Source: a virus
Virus record (IMG/VR): IMGVR_UViG_3300010399_000005
Span: 17,642 to 81,641 of that record
Reading direction: 5' to 3' (one strand)
Length of the DNA: 64,000 nt
Shown here: one piece after another, positions 47,412-56,420 of the stretch
Numbering within the stretch: the stretch's first letter is position 1
Layout of the letters: each line of letters begins with the position of its first letter
Program-made: the position numbers and the translations under genes
The notes under the pieces: model-generated
Database searches by the model: none
Told to the model about the DNA's origin: nothing
Seen by the model: the letters and a program-made list of their open reading frames with translations, nothing else

Positions 47412-47666
47412 TCAGTCCTCGATGAGCTCGGGCTCGGTGTCGAAGGTAACCCACGTACCGTCGGCCTCCTGCTTCGAGTCCTTCTCGATGGACCACTCTT
47501 CACCGAGCGTGAGGATCCAGTTACGACCCCAACCCGAGCACTGCGCACAGACGTCACTAGGCAACTCGGCGTATGCGTTCTCGACGGCCAGCTCGGGGTC
47601 ATCGACGTCGACCTCCACCGAGGCCCAGGCCTTCGTCTCGAACCGCACCCTGTACTTTGCCATCAC
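47412..47666 (-). CDS. Small acidic hypothetical protein
   Basis: GAGGGAG RBS; CAQC motif. Confidence 0.6.
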   Translation of the reverse strand: MMAKYRVRFETKAWASVEVDVDDPELAVENAYAELPSDVCAQCSGWGRNWILTLGEEWSIEKDSKQEADGTWVTFDTEPELIED

Positions 47667-47813
47667 ATCTTCTCCCTCATCATAAGTGTTGAGACTAGTG
47701 ACCGGTGACGCAGAACGCCGACACCGCTCTGGCCACAGTCACGGCAAACGCTCCTAGGTGCGTCACCGGTCGTGTTGACACTACCACACGTGGGTGTGAT
47801 GTGTCGAGATGAT

Positions 47814-48893
47814 TCACGAGAGAAGTCGGCGCCCGGCTTCGTCGAGCAGAGTGTCGACGAGAGCCGCCGTGTCGACCGTTCCCGGTGTCGTGGGCACCGA
47901 CACAACGTCGTCATCGTCATCACGAGCACCGACGAGAGTCAGCGTGCGGAAGACGACATCGGGTACGTCGTGAAGCTCATCGTACTCGATCGGCTTACCC
48001 TGGGAGTCTTCCTTAGGAGCCTTCCCATCGATGTCGAAGCGACCACCCAGTGCACCGATGCGGAACCTGATCCAGTTCGTCTCATCATCATCGGCCAGGA
48101 ACTTGACGGTACCCACAGCCTCGTACACCACGAAGGCGTAGGGCTCGGGTCGGTCGGGCAGCCGAGCCGTCCTACGCCGCCACTCGCTGTCGACCTGGGT
48201 CCACAGGATCTTAGGTCGTTGCACGTCGTCATCCTCCAGGTCAGGTGTTGATGCATCGCCGGTGTAGGGACCGCCCCACGCCCACGTCACAGTAGTGTCG
48301 TTCACCGTGACGTTGTGGTCGGCCTGTCCACCCAGGACGTACTTAACGTCCTGGAAGAGCGCGGCGTACCGCGAGAGGCGACGGACCGAACCGTCGTTGC
48401 AGCGGAACGAGCCACCAGAGCCGCTACCGCTCCCGGACATGCCGGCGGACTGCCAGCCGTAGGGAGCCACGTGGTTCTCACCGCAGAGGACCTCAAGACA
48501 GTCATACGGACCGTACGGCATGGTCGGTCGACGGCACGCTGCGTCGAAGGCCCGGGCGTACTCGGTGACTGGTCCGCGCAGCTGAGCGATGGTCAGTGGC
48601 GCGTCCTGTGCGACGTAGATGAGCCGCACCCAGGGGGGTGCACCGCAGCGATCGGCCCAGGCATCGTGCGTGCGACCGTCGATCGTTCCCTGTGCCGCTC
48701 CACCCAGGGCACGGGTACCACCCACCTCGAAGATGTGACCGACGCCGAAGCCCTGCGCCAGGATTGTGTCGCACTCGGCCTGTGACATCTCATAACGACT
48801 GGGTGGTCCGTACCGCAAGACGAACGAGTAGCCCAGCCTACGAGCCTCACTGAGGTCCAGGATCGGTGTGGCGTTGTCGATTCCCGTGGGCAC
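47814..48893 (-). CDS. Endolysin (DUF1906/Rv2525c-like glycoside hydrolase)
   Basis: GID, GYSFVLRY, IFE, IY.AQD, YG, WQ motifs of GH25-like TIM barrels; near the membrane-protein cluster. Confidence 0.75.
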   Translation of the reverse strand: MPTGIDNATPILDLSEARRLGYSFVLRYGPPSRYEMSQAECDTILAQGFGVGHIFEVGGTRALGGAAQGTIDGRTHDAWADRCGAPPWVRLIYVAQDAPLTIAQLRGPVTEYARAFDAACRRPTMPYGPYDCLEVLCGENHVAPYGWQSAGMSGSGSGSGGSFRCNDGSVRRLSRYAALFQDVKYVLGGQADHNVTVNDTTVTWAWGGPYTGDASTPDLEDDDVQRPKILWTQVDSEWRRRTARLPDRPEPYAFVVYEAVGTVKFLADDDETNWIRFRIGALGGRFDIDGKAPKEDSQGKPIEYDELHDVPDVVFRTLTLVGARDDDDDVVSVPTTPGTVDTAALVDTLLDEAGRRLLS

Positions 48894-48926
48894 GGTCTCG
48901 ACGGTACCACACTTCAGAAGTCCAGA

Positions 48927-48960
48927 AGGGCCGGCCCACGGGAGGGTGTGGACCGGCCCA
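48927..48960 (-). terminator. Hairpin terminator after the SprT-like gene
   Basis: GGGCCGG.CCAC/GTGG.CCGGCCC inverted repeat followed by TTCT on the minus strand. Confidence 0.55.
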
Positions 48961-48980
48961 ACTCTCGCCTACCCTGTGTT

Positions 48981-49844
48981 TCACTTAGCGTACCACAGGT
49001 GACCGTTACGGTCAACCCGACCATCACGTCGGAGTCGCCACACGGAGTTGTACACCGACTTCCCGGGATAAGGACCGTACCTCTGCTCATACTCCCACGC
49101 GAGCTGCTCCCGGCTGACCGGCCCAAGAGCGATGAGCTCGTGCACCCGCTCGTCCAGGGTGCGTGCGCTGGTCTTGGTGCTCGTCGTCTTCTTAGGCCTG
49201 ATGGGAATCACAGGAGCGAGCGGTGCGTCACTCGCGGCCGCAGGCTCCAGCTCACGGATGACCTGCACCCGAGCACCGTTCACCATCTTCTCACTAGCGA
49301 CCTGGGCGAGGATTCCGTGCAGGTCCCAGATCTCCTGATCGAAGGGCTTATCACCGAAGAGCTCGTACCTCTTCAGTGCTCGTGAGTACCGTCCGTGGAA
49401 CTTGTTCTTGCGAGGCTCGAGGAACTTACCCGCACCTGGGTACGCCTCCTCGAAGAGTGCGTCGAGACGCTCCCAGAAGAATGGGCTGTGACCCACTCTA
49501 CTCCCGTCTCGTGTGCGGTTCTGCTCACCGACGGTCGCGTCGGCCGCGCGGTTGTTCGCATCGATGTGAGCGAGCTCGTGGATGAGAACTTCCTGCACGT
49601 CATAACGTGAGAGGCTTGGGTGAAGGTTGACCTTGATGCGGTGCTGTGTCCACCACGCACAGCCGAGCCGGCGAGGCCGACGATCACGCCACTGCGTGAT
49701 CTGGAGCTGTGGCTCCTTGCGTCGGATCGCTGGGTGCATGCCGGGCAGCCGCGCGAGCCGAGAGAACTCGGCCCGCACGTCCAGCCCATCGTGTATGACG
49801 TGTTTGGTGTAGGCGCTCACGACGCCTCCAGCACGATCACGCAC
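48981..49844 (-). CDS. SprT-like zinc metalloprotease with C-terminal winged-helix-like domain
   Basis: RLG.AW, EVLIHELAH (HExxH), GH...FW; C-terminal VYNSVWRLRRDG.V. Confidence 0.75.
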   Translation of the reverse strand: MRDRAGGVVSAYTKHVIHDGLDVRAEFSRLARLPGMHPAIRRKEPQLQITQWRDRRPRRLGCAWWTQHRIKVNLHPSLSRYDVQEVLIHELAHIDANNRAADATVGEQNRTRDGSRVGHSPFFWERLDALFEEAYPGAGKFLEPRKNKFHGRYSRALKRYELFGDKPFDQEIWDLHGILAQVASEKMVNGARVQVIRELEPAAASDAPLAPVIPIRPKKTTSTKTSARTLDERVHELIALGPVSREQLAWEYEQRYGPYPGKSVYNSVWRLRRDGRVDRNGHLWYAK

Positions 49845-50053
49845 GCACCACGGTCATCGGCTCGGAAGCCGTTGGCCTCGAGCAGGTGCAGCACTCGGGT
49901 GCTGAGTGCGGCCACGATCTTCCCATATGGCACGCCGTCCCAGCGCGTGCCTGGGATGACCTCGACCTCGACGCCCTCGTCCTGCAGGGCGTCGTAGATC
50001 CGCTCGGCCAGTGCGTCGGCCGCGCGCTTCTGCTGCCAGTTGATCTTCGCCAT
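49817..50053 (-). CDS. Small hypothetical protein
   Basis: AGGAAGG RBS, ATG 50053; first gene after promoter P4. Confidence 0.6.
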   Translation of the reverse strand: MAKINWQQKRAADALAERIYDALQDEGVEVEVIPGTRWDGVPYGKIVAALSTRVLHLLEANGFRADDRGACVIVLEAS

Positions 50054-50087
50054 CTCATTCCTTCCTACCGTCGAACTTCCTAAGTTC

Positions 50088-50116
50088 ATTCTATCAGGAA
50101 GTCATCACTTAGTCAA
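50088..50116 (-). promoter_or_regulatory. SigA-type promoter P4
   Basis: Minus strand TTGACT-N17-TAGAAT with extended TG and downstream CTTAG, matching P1-P3. Confidence 0.85.
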
Positions 50117-50159
50117 CAGATCTCACAGGATTTCCTCGAGACCGTGCCACCAGACGGTG

Positions 50160-50465
50160 TCATGGATGAAGAGCGTGATGTAGCGTGGCAAACGCCGTGG
50201 CCAGTCGTGCTGCAGCGTTTGCAGCTTCAAGTTCATCACTTTCATATCGGTGCTCAGCCTCGGCCAACCAGATGAGTGACCGCGCCCAGGGGGCTTGTTC
50301 AGATTCGTACTGATGTTTCTTAACCCTCAAGATCTCGACGCGTTTCCGTTCATCATCTGTGAGTTCAAGGAAACCTCTATCACCACACAAGATCAGCTCG
50401 AGACGATCCAACTCGTTCTTTTCATCAACTGAAAGTGCCTTGCGTGCACTAGGAAGCTGTGGCAT
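50160..50465 (-). CDS. Hypothetical helical protein
   Basis: AGGA RBS, 101 aa. Confidence 0.55.
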   Translation of the reverse strand: MPQLPSARKALSVDEKNELDRLELILCGDRGFLELTDDERKRVEILRVKKHQYESEQAPWARSLIWLAEAEHRYESDELEAANAAARLATAFATLHHALHP

Positions 50466-50489
50466 TTGTTCCTACTTTCTGATGTGATG

Positions 50490-50800
50490 TATCATACCTG
50501 CATTAGCACTTAGTAGCGACTGCTCCAGAGTTAGATCCCCAAGGGGTCTAGATACATAACTCTTTGAACAAGCACCCTACTACTCTTCCAGCTGCTTGTC
50601 CAGTCAGCTGCTCTCCCTACAGCAATACTTTCAGTTCCTAGTTACTACGTTACTAAGTAATCAGAAATAACCAAGAGTACTATCATTTTCCTCTAGTAGC
50701 GAAACCCAATTTCTTCAGTACTGCTCGTTACTGTCGTTACTGCTTTAGTAACCAACTCAACCACCGCTTAGTTACTAGGCTCGACTAGGGAGTTTCCGAA
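50490..50800. other. Probable replication origin with GTTACT iterons
   Basis: AT-rich non-coding stretch directly after the helicase; GTTACT at 50641, 50649, 50727, 50736 and 50771, and inverted AGTAAC at 50747. Confidence 0.65.
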
Positions 50801-50809
50801 ATGTCCGGG

Positions 50810-51871
50810 TCACAGTTCCAGCTTTGCACGGACGACAGCGAGACTACCATCGAGCCGCACGCCAAGCACTCTCACACCACCGTTGACGTTCTTCACCTCG
50901 TATCCTAGGAGACGAAGTAGCTGTCCAAACCGACGAGCAGACAACTCGCGTGTTTCACGTTCACTCCGTCGTCCCGGTGCAGTGACGTACAGCTCGAACA
51001 GTTCACCTAACTTTGCGCACTGCCCCTGGACGCTCTCACCGACCAGCAGCCTACGCTCGATCAGGTCGTGTACGAACTCGGCGACTAGTTCGGTGCCTGT
51101 GATCTCACCGTAGGCCGCAGCCCGTGCCGCCACGAACGCCTCTGGAAGGTCATCCACTCCGTGCTTCTGTGAGCGTGCACATCCCTGCATCGCCTCACTT
51201 AAGACGGCCTCGAGCGTCTTGGTGTCACTAAGCATACGCTCACGCACGGTGTAGTCCTCCCCCTCCTGGACGCTGTGTGTGAACGGTATGACCTTAACTC
51301 GACGTAGCAGTGCGTGGTCCGCATCTTTGATACGTGGTAGCTCATTCGTGACAGCGATCACGGTGAACTCGATCTTACGCGTGACGTATGTGTTTGAGTG
51401 TAGCTTTCGCGCGGTGAGCTGGCCACCACCCGTGATATCTTTCACGCGGTCGGCGTGTAGTTCCCAGGCGTGTCCGACCTCTTCGACGAACACGACTCGT
51501 GAGCTCATGATGTTCATGAGGTCGGCCCTAGGCCGTTCATCCTGGTTGCCGCGGAAGATGCTCGCGGTGCTGAGTGCGGCATAGTTCCCAAGTGCCTTCA
51601 TGATGAGTTCCGCGAGTAGTGACTTACCCGTTGTGCTGGCACCGGCGAAGAAGATCAGCTGTCGGTGCTGGTTGCCGCCTATTAAGCAACTTCCCACCAG
51701 GCGCCACAGCGCCTCCCAGTGCTCAGGATCGGGAAAGAATGTCAGACGATACGTATCCAACAACTCGCTGTGTGCATCTGGGTAGTAGCCCACCCTTGTG
51801 CATCGTGTGATCAGGTCTCGTGGGTCGTGAGGTCGTGCTTCAAAGTCATATCCTGCAGTCAACCTACTCAC
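50810..51871 (-). CDS. D5/P4-family SF3 helicase
   Basis: PHDPRDLIT, Walker A GASTTGKS, VFVEE, VKDITGG, TNELP, RRV..IPF. Confidence 0.88.
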   Translation of the reverse strand: MSRLTAGYDFEARPHDPRDLITRCTRVGYYPDAHSELLDTYRLTFFPDPEHWEALWRLVGSCLIGGNQHRQLIFFAGASTTGKSLLAELIMKALGNYAALSTASIFRGNQDERPRADLMNIMSSRVVFVEEVGHAWELHADRVKDITGGGQLTARKLHSNTYVTRKIEFTVIAVTNELPRIKDADHALLRRVKVIPFTHSVQEGEDYTVRERMLSDTKTLEAVLSEAMQGCARSQKHGVDDLPEAFVAARAAAYGEITGTELVAEFVHDLIERRLLVGESVQGQCAKLGELFELYVTAPGRRSERETRELSARRFGQLLRLLGYEVKNVNGGVRVLGVRLDGSLAVVRAKLEL

Positions 51872-53489
51872 TTACGCTACTCCTCTCAGTGATCGCAGCT
51901 AGTTGCGTAAGACCCGTTAGTGTGTTGAGCATCGTGAGATGCGTGTCGAGACACTCAGCCGTCTGGGTTCTACCGTTCCAGTGTTGGGCGTAACTCTCGG
52001 CCTTGATCTTTACACCACTCACGCTTCGCGAGTTCCAGAGTCTCTTCACTCGAGCACCTAAGAGTCGAAACTCATCTTCGAAACCCTCACGGTCGCGAAG
52101 TGTTAAGCGATACGTCTCGATGCGGTAGCCCAGTTCGGTCAGTAGGTCATCGACGTCATGTGCATCGTCAGGACGCCAGTGAGTTCCCGTCCACATGTGC
52201 CACTCGAGTCCAGGAACCCACAGCACTCGTTCACCGTAAAGTCGGTGAAACTCGCAAGCATGTTCTTCATCAGTGTCACCTAGTGTTGGTGGGCTGTCCC
52301 AACCGCCACCGGGAGGTAGCTCTCGATCTCCTTCATCACCACCCTCATCCTCACCCTCACCCGGGCTCTCACTCTCACCACCCTCACCGTGAATCAACCG
52401 CAGCTGCGCGCGTCCCTGCCCATTCGTCTCCCTAGGGATGACAGCGGACTCAAAGTGTGGGGTGTAGTCGGGAACTTCAACGTCATCTAGGTTGAAGCTA
52501 GTCCCCGCAGGTTTCTGCTTCGCTTCCTCCCACTTATCGATGGCGTGTTGATCGGTCCAAGGATCATCAGGATCTTCATTCGTGAAGCAGCGTACCCCGT
52601 CAATGAGGTGCGCGAGTGCGACATCATCATCCAGGTTCTTAGCGCGAGCACTGTGCGCTGCACTCACGAGCGTGTCGTGTTGCTCACCACCTGGTACCGC
52701 ACCCGGTGTCCAGAACCTGACCCAGTCAAACCTAACGCTACGTTCATACTCAGCGCTCTCGGCGAGTCGTCCGACGGCACTTATTCGACGTCGCCGCCCG
52801 GTGCTCAGCTCCTCGAGCAACCAGTCGGGTACGATGGGCTTCTCACACGTGCGCTGGAACTCATATGCGGTGGAGTCCCAGGCCGAGACCTGGTCACGCA
52901 CGATCGTCGGTGGAGCACCGGCCCAGTGGCCGTTGGCCAGGACGTCGACTCCCGGCAGCCAGCCGTCCCAGGACCGCAGCTCCAGGCCCTCGGGAAGCCT
53001 GAACCACAGGTGGTATCCCCCACTGGGCGTGCGCACGATCGGAGTCTCGGGCAGCACCAGGCCCGCCTCACTCCGCTCGGCTCGCCAGGCCTCCCAGGAG
53101 AACTCACCCGAGTTCTTGGTGTCGACGTCGATCAGCAGCAGCCGTGAGCGGCTTCCACAGACGACACCGATCCCGGCCGTCGGTTCACCCTCTGGTCCCC
53201 AGCACCTTCTCACCCACTCTTCACTACACTCACCGACCTCCGCCAGCTTGAAGCCACCTCCCAGGAGAGCACGGCTCGGGTTCGCCTTCGATGAGTGAGG
53301 TGTCTTAGTTCCCGGCCACAGGGGTATGACGACTAGGCCCGAGCGCTGGTACGCTAGCGCCCAGTCATAGTTGGACCACCCGGTCGCAGAAGAGTTCGAG
53401 TGCGCCACAGGCACTCCCCTCTCCGACCCGCGGTACCCCGGTCGGTCATCAGTCTTCGCCCCCGCACCACGGGCGCGAAGCCACACCAT
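51864..53489 (-). CDS. Bifunctional DNA primase/polymerase (Prim-Pol) with partial D5_N domain
   Basis: VIPL.PGTKTP, IGVVCG, LLIDVD, VRTPSGGYHLWF, GVDV...APPT; C-terminal W..WTGTHW. Confidence 0.88.
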   Translation of the reverse strand: MVWLRARGAGAKTDDRPGYRGSERGVPVAHSNSSATGWSNYDWALAYQRSGLVVIPLWPGTKTPHSSKANPSRALLGGGFKLAEVGECSEEWVRRCWGPEGEPTAGIGVVCGSRSRLLLIDVDTKNSGEFSWEAWRAERSEAGLVLPETPIVRTPSGGYHLWFRLPEGLELRSWDGWLPGVDVLANGHWAGAPPTIVRDQVSAWDSTAYEFQRTCEKPIVPDWLLEELSTGRRRRISAVGRLAESAEYERSVRFDWVRFWTPGAVPGGEQHDTLVSAAHSARAKNLDDDVALAHLIDGVRCFTNEDPDDPWTDQHAIDKWEEAKQKPAGTSFNLDDVEVPDYTPHFESAVIPRETNGQGRAQLRLIHGEGGESESPGEGEDEGGDEGDRELPPGGGWDSPPTLGDTDEEHACEFHRLYGERVLWVPGLEWHMWTGTHWRPDDAHDVDDLLTELGYRIETYRLTLRDREGFEDEFRLLGARVKRLWNSRSVSGVKIKAESYAQHWNGRTQTAECLDTHLTMLNTLTGLTQLAAITERSSVSE

Positions 53490-53699
53490 AAGAGAGTCTG
53501 GTGTGGGCCCAGGTTGAGTAGAGTCACCGTCTCACTTCAATGCTCTCAATCACCGTCGCATGAGGACGGTCGTCCGTCACTGGAAGACCTCTACCCTACT
53601 ACCGCCGCTCCGCTCGAGTTGCGAGAACGTGTAGGAGGAACTCTCCTCACACCATCTGGGGTCGACAGGACACACACAACCTGGTACCTTGTTCTTGCC

Positions 53700-53865
53700 A
53701 CACTCCAGCACCGGTGACCGGCCGCGTCCCCCGCCTAGGTCACTGAGATCGCTCGCGCGTGGTGTCACCGGAGGGGCCGCCCCAGGATCCGGTTCGCACC
53801 CCCATGTAGAGTCGCGTGTCGTCGCCGTCGCGTGACCTCCCGGGTCCTGGGAGCCCTCCTCCACA
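53700..53865 (+). ncRNA. Structured intergenic element (two long hairpins)
   Basis: CCGGTGAC (53711) pairs with GTCACCGG (53764); CCCAGGATCCGG (53780) with CCGGGTCCTGGG (53840), extended by GGAGGG/CCCTCC; TGG-TACCTT -10-like site just upstream. Confidence 0.4.
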
Positions 53866-53887
53866 CCTGCGACGAAGGAAACCTAAG

Positions 53888-54235
53888 ATGCCACGACCTC
53901 CCCGTCGTCCCGGACCTCGCGGTCGCTCTCCTAAGGAGAAGGAGGCGCTCCAGCGTCAGCTCGACCGTGACCGCCGCAACGAACAGCGTGAGCGTGACGA
54001 GCTCTACCGCAACCAGGCTGACGACTGGGTCACCTTCTACAACGCCGAGCATCACGTCAAAGAGACGACCGGACGTCAAGACCAGGCAAGCTACCAGGCC
54101 CGGGCACAGAGCGTGGTGGATCATCATCAGCGTCAACAGGAGCGACTGGCCGAGCAGCAGCGTGTACGTGCTGAGCAACAGAAGGCGCAGGCCGAACACC
54201 AGAGGCGCCTCGACGAGCAGAACAAGCGACGATAG
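53888..54235 (+). CDS. Arg/Gln/Glu-rich coiled-coil protein
   Basis: AAGGA RBS, ATG 53888 in frame with ORF 53816..54235. Confidence 0.6.
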   Translation: MPRPPRRPGPRGRSPKEKEALQRQLDRDRRNEQRERDELYRNQADDWVTFYNAEHHVKETTGRQDQASYQARAQSVVDHHQRQQERLAEQQRVRAEQQKAQAEHQRRLDEQNKRR

Positions 54236-54265
54236 GTATCTCACACAAGAATCTCGGTTTCTCGG

Positions 54266-54294
54266 TTGACCGTGGCTGCCCGGTCTGGTAGCCT
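54266..54294 (+). promoter_or_regulatory. Promoter of the Y RNA-Ro60 locus
   Basis: TTGACC-N17-TAGCCT with extended TG. Confidence 0.7.
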
Positions 54295-54364
54295 GACGTC
54301 GCGGTTCTGTATCCGCAGCTTGGGCATCTTAAACACGGGAACGATGACAGCGTGGTCAACGATC

Positions 54365-54431
54365 TCGGGTGAGCCGGAGGACTTCGGTTATCATTGGAAG
54401 AACGCCGGAGTCCACTTACTCGCTCACCCGA
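54365..54431 (+). ncRNA. Short Y RNA-like RNA 1
   Basis: TCGGGTGAGC/GCTCACCCGA terminal stem, CGGAG opposite CACTTACTC, upper stem GACTTCGG/CCGGAGTC. Confidence 0.75.
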
Positions 54432-54462
54432 CCCCCGTGTCACCCTCCAACTAAGATCTCAC

Positions 54463-54534
54463 GGTCCGGGTCGGAGGACGTCGGTTATCAGCTTATCACC
54501 TGAACCCCCCGGCGTTCACTCACTCATCCGAACC
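54463..54534 (+). ncRNA. Short Y RNA-like RNA 2
   Basis: GGTCCGGGT/ATCCGAACC stem, CGGAG opposite CACTCACTC, upper stem GACGTCGG/CCGGCGTT; same layout as RNA 1 with compensatory changes. Confidence 0.75.
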
Positions 54535-54590
54535 ACCTTCTCAGACGCTGGAGACCTTTCAGCGGGTCACCAGGTCGACGAGAGGGATAC

Positions 54591-54740
54591 GTGTCCCCGG
54601 GCCGGAGATGGTCGCTTACCAGGAAACCGAAGACGGACGTTCGAGTCGTCCCACCCCTACGCTAGATGAGTCACAGGGGTGTAGCTCAGTGGTAGAGCAT
54701 CGGTCTTTAGCGGTCTTCACTCACTTGTCTAGGGTCACAC
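54591..54740 (+). ncRNA. yrlA: YrlA-type Y RNA with circularly permuted tRNA-like domain
   Basis: ACCGA stem, T-arm GGACG-TTCGAGT-CGTCC, closed acceptor stem CACCCCT/AGGGGTG, TA, D-arm GCTC-AGTGGTA-GAGC, TCGGT; flanked by CGGAG...CACTCACTTG; 24 nt upstream of Ro60. Confidence 0.9.
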
Positions 54741-54764
54741 CCCAACGTACGACGAACGGAGCTT

Positions 54765-56420
54765 ATGATGACGGATCCACTGCGACGCATCTCGACGCGA
54801 AGCACGCCTCAGACCGAGCCCATCCCGGGTCGCACCGACCAGGTGCGCAACGCTGCCGGCGGCTACGTCTTCCAGGTCGACGACTGGCGGCGCCTGCGGC
54901 GCTTCCTGGTGCTGGGCACCGAGGGTGGCACGTACTACACCTCGGAGCAGAAGCTCACTGCCGAGAACGCCCAGACCGTCCTGGGACTCATCGAGCACGA
55001 CGGTCAGCGTGTCGTGCGTGAGCTTCTCGACGTCTCACTGCGTAACCTCGCTCCTCGACAGCAGCCGACGCTCTTCGTCCTGGCCGCGTGCACCGCTGCC
55101 TCGGACCCCGGAGTCCGACGCTTCGCCCTTGACGTGCTTCGTCAGCTGTGCCGCACGGGCTACCACCTGTTCACGTTCGCCAACTACGTGGAGCAGTTTC
55201 GAGGCTGGGGTCGTGGACTTCGTGACGCCGTCGCCGAGTGGTACACCGGTCAAGCACGTGATCGTCTCGCACTGCAGGCGGTGAAGTACCGCCAGCGCGA
55301 CGGCTGGACGCACCGTGACCTCCTGCGGCTCGCGCATCCCAAGACCGATGATCCGGTGCGCGACGCGATCTTCAAGTGGATCACCCACCGTGAGGACATC
55401 ACCTGGGAGAACGGTGGAAGTAAGCTTCCCAACGTCATCGCGGGCTTCGAACTCGTCCAGCGTGTGACCGACCCCAAGCGGGTCGCCCAGGCTGTGTTGG
55501 ATCACGACCTTCCCTGGGAGTGCCTGCCCGACGCGACGCTGCGCTCTCCCGAGGTCCTGGAGGCGCTGGTCCCGACCATGGGACTCACCGCACTCACCCG
55601 CCAGCTCGGGCGCATGGCCTCGACGGGCGCACTCACCTCGGGCTCACAGCTCGAGAAGTTGGTGCTCGAGCGGCTGCGGGTTCCCACCGCGTCCGACGAG
55701 CGTCACATCGGTGAGTTCCTCTCGCGGAACGCCAACCCCTTCGTGCAGTCGAAGGTCCACCCCTTCCAGCTGCTCCTCGCCGAGTCGACCTACCAGGCTG
55801 GACGAGGTGTTCGAGGGTCGCTGACCTGGAAACCCACCAGTCGCATCGTCGACGCCCTGGACGCGGGCTTCTACGCGGCGTTCGGGTCACTTCAGCCGTC
55901 CGACCGCACGACACTCGTGGCACTGGACGTCTCGGGGTCGATGGACTTTAGCACGATCCTGAACACGCACATCACGCCGCGTGTGGCGTCCGCCGCCATG
56001 GCGCTGATCACGCTGCGCTCCGAGCCCGACGCTCACGTGATGGCGTTCAGTGACACGCTGGTGCCGGTGAGCATCTCGCCTCGCCAGCGCTTGGATGATG
56101 TGGTGCGCACGATCTCGAACATCCCCATGGGCGGCACCGACTGCTCACTGCCGATGCATTACGCTCTCGGCCGTAAGCTCCATGTCGACACGTTCGTGGT
56201 GTACACGGACAACGAGACGTGGGCCGGTAGGGAGCATCCCACGCAGGCGCTCCGGCACTACCGCGAGAAGATCAACCCCTCCGCCCGTCTGGTCGTCGTG
56301 GGTCTGACCGCCACCGACTTCACCATCGCCGATCCCAAGGACCCGGGCACGCTCGACGTCGTCGGCTTCGACGCCTCGGCGCCGCAGGTCATCGCCGACT
56401 TCAGTGCGGGGAGACTGTGA
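54765..56420 (+). CDS. rsr: Ro60/Rsr TROVE-domain RNA-binding protein
   Basis: QVRNAAGGYVF, RLRRFLVLGTEGGTYY, KYRQRDGWTHRDLLRLAHP, vWA MIDAS DVSGSM, GGTDCSLPM, YTDNETW, LDVVGFD. Confidence 0.96.
   Translation: MMTDPLRRISTRSTPQTEPIPGRTDQVRNAAGGYVFQVDDWRRLRRFLVLGTEGGTYYTSEQKLTAENAQTVLGLIEHDGQRVVRELLDVSLRNLAPRQQPTLFVLAACTAASDPGVRRFALDVLRQLCRTGYHLFTFANYVEQFRGWGRGLRDAVAEWYTGQARDRLALQAVKYRQRDGWTHRDLLRLAHPKTDDPVRDAIFKWITHREDITWENGGSKLPNVIAGFELVQRVTDPKRVAQAVLDHDLPWECLPDATLRSPEVLEALVPTMGLTALTRQLGRMASTGALTSGSQLEKLVLERLRVPTASDERHIGEFLSRNANPFVQSKVHPFQLLLAESTYQAGRGVRGSLTWKPTSRIVDALDAGFYAAFGSLQPSDRTTLVALDVSGSMDFSTILNTHITPRVASAAMALITLRSEPDAHVMAFSDTLVPVSISPRQRLDDVVRTISNIPMGGTDCSLPMHYALGRKLHVDTFVVYTDNETWAGREHPTQALRHYREKINPSARLVVVGLTATDFTIADPKDPGTLDVVGFDASAPQVIADFSAGRL

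Noticed and set aside
54675-54745. Canonical tRNA starting GGGGTGTAGCTCAGTGGTAGAGC
   Set aside because: No anticodon loop or T-arm follows; the T-arm and 3' acceptor strand lie upstream, so it is a permuted YrlA domain, not a tRNA.
54057-54998. Short ORFs overlapping the Y RNA region
   Set aside because: No RBS or recognisable motifs; the region is explained better by three repeated RNA structures with compensatory pairing.
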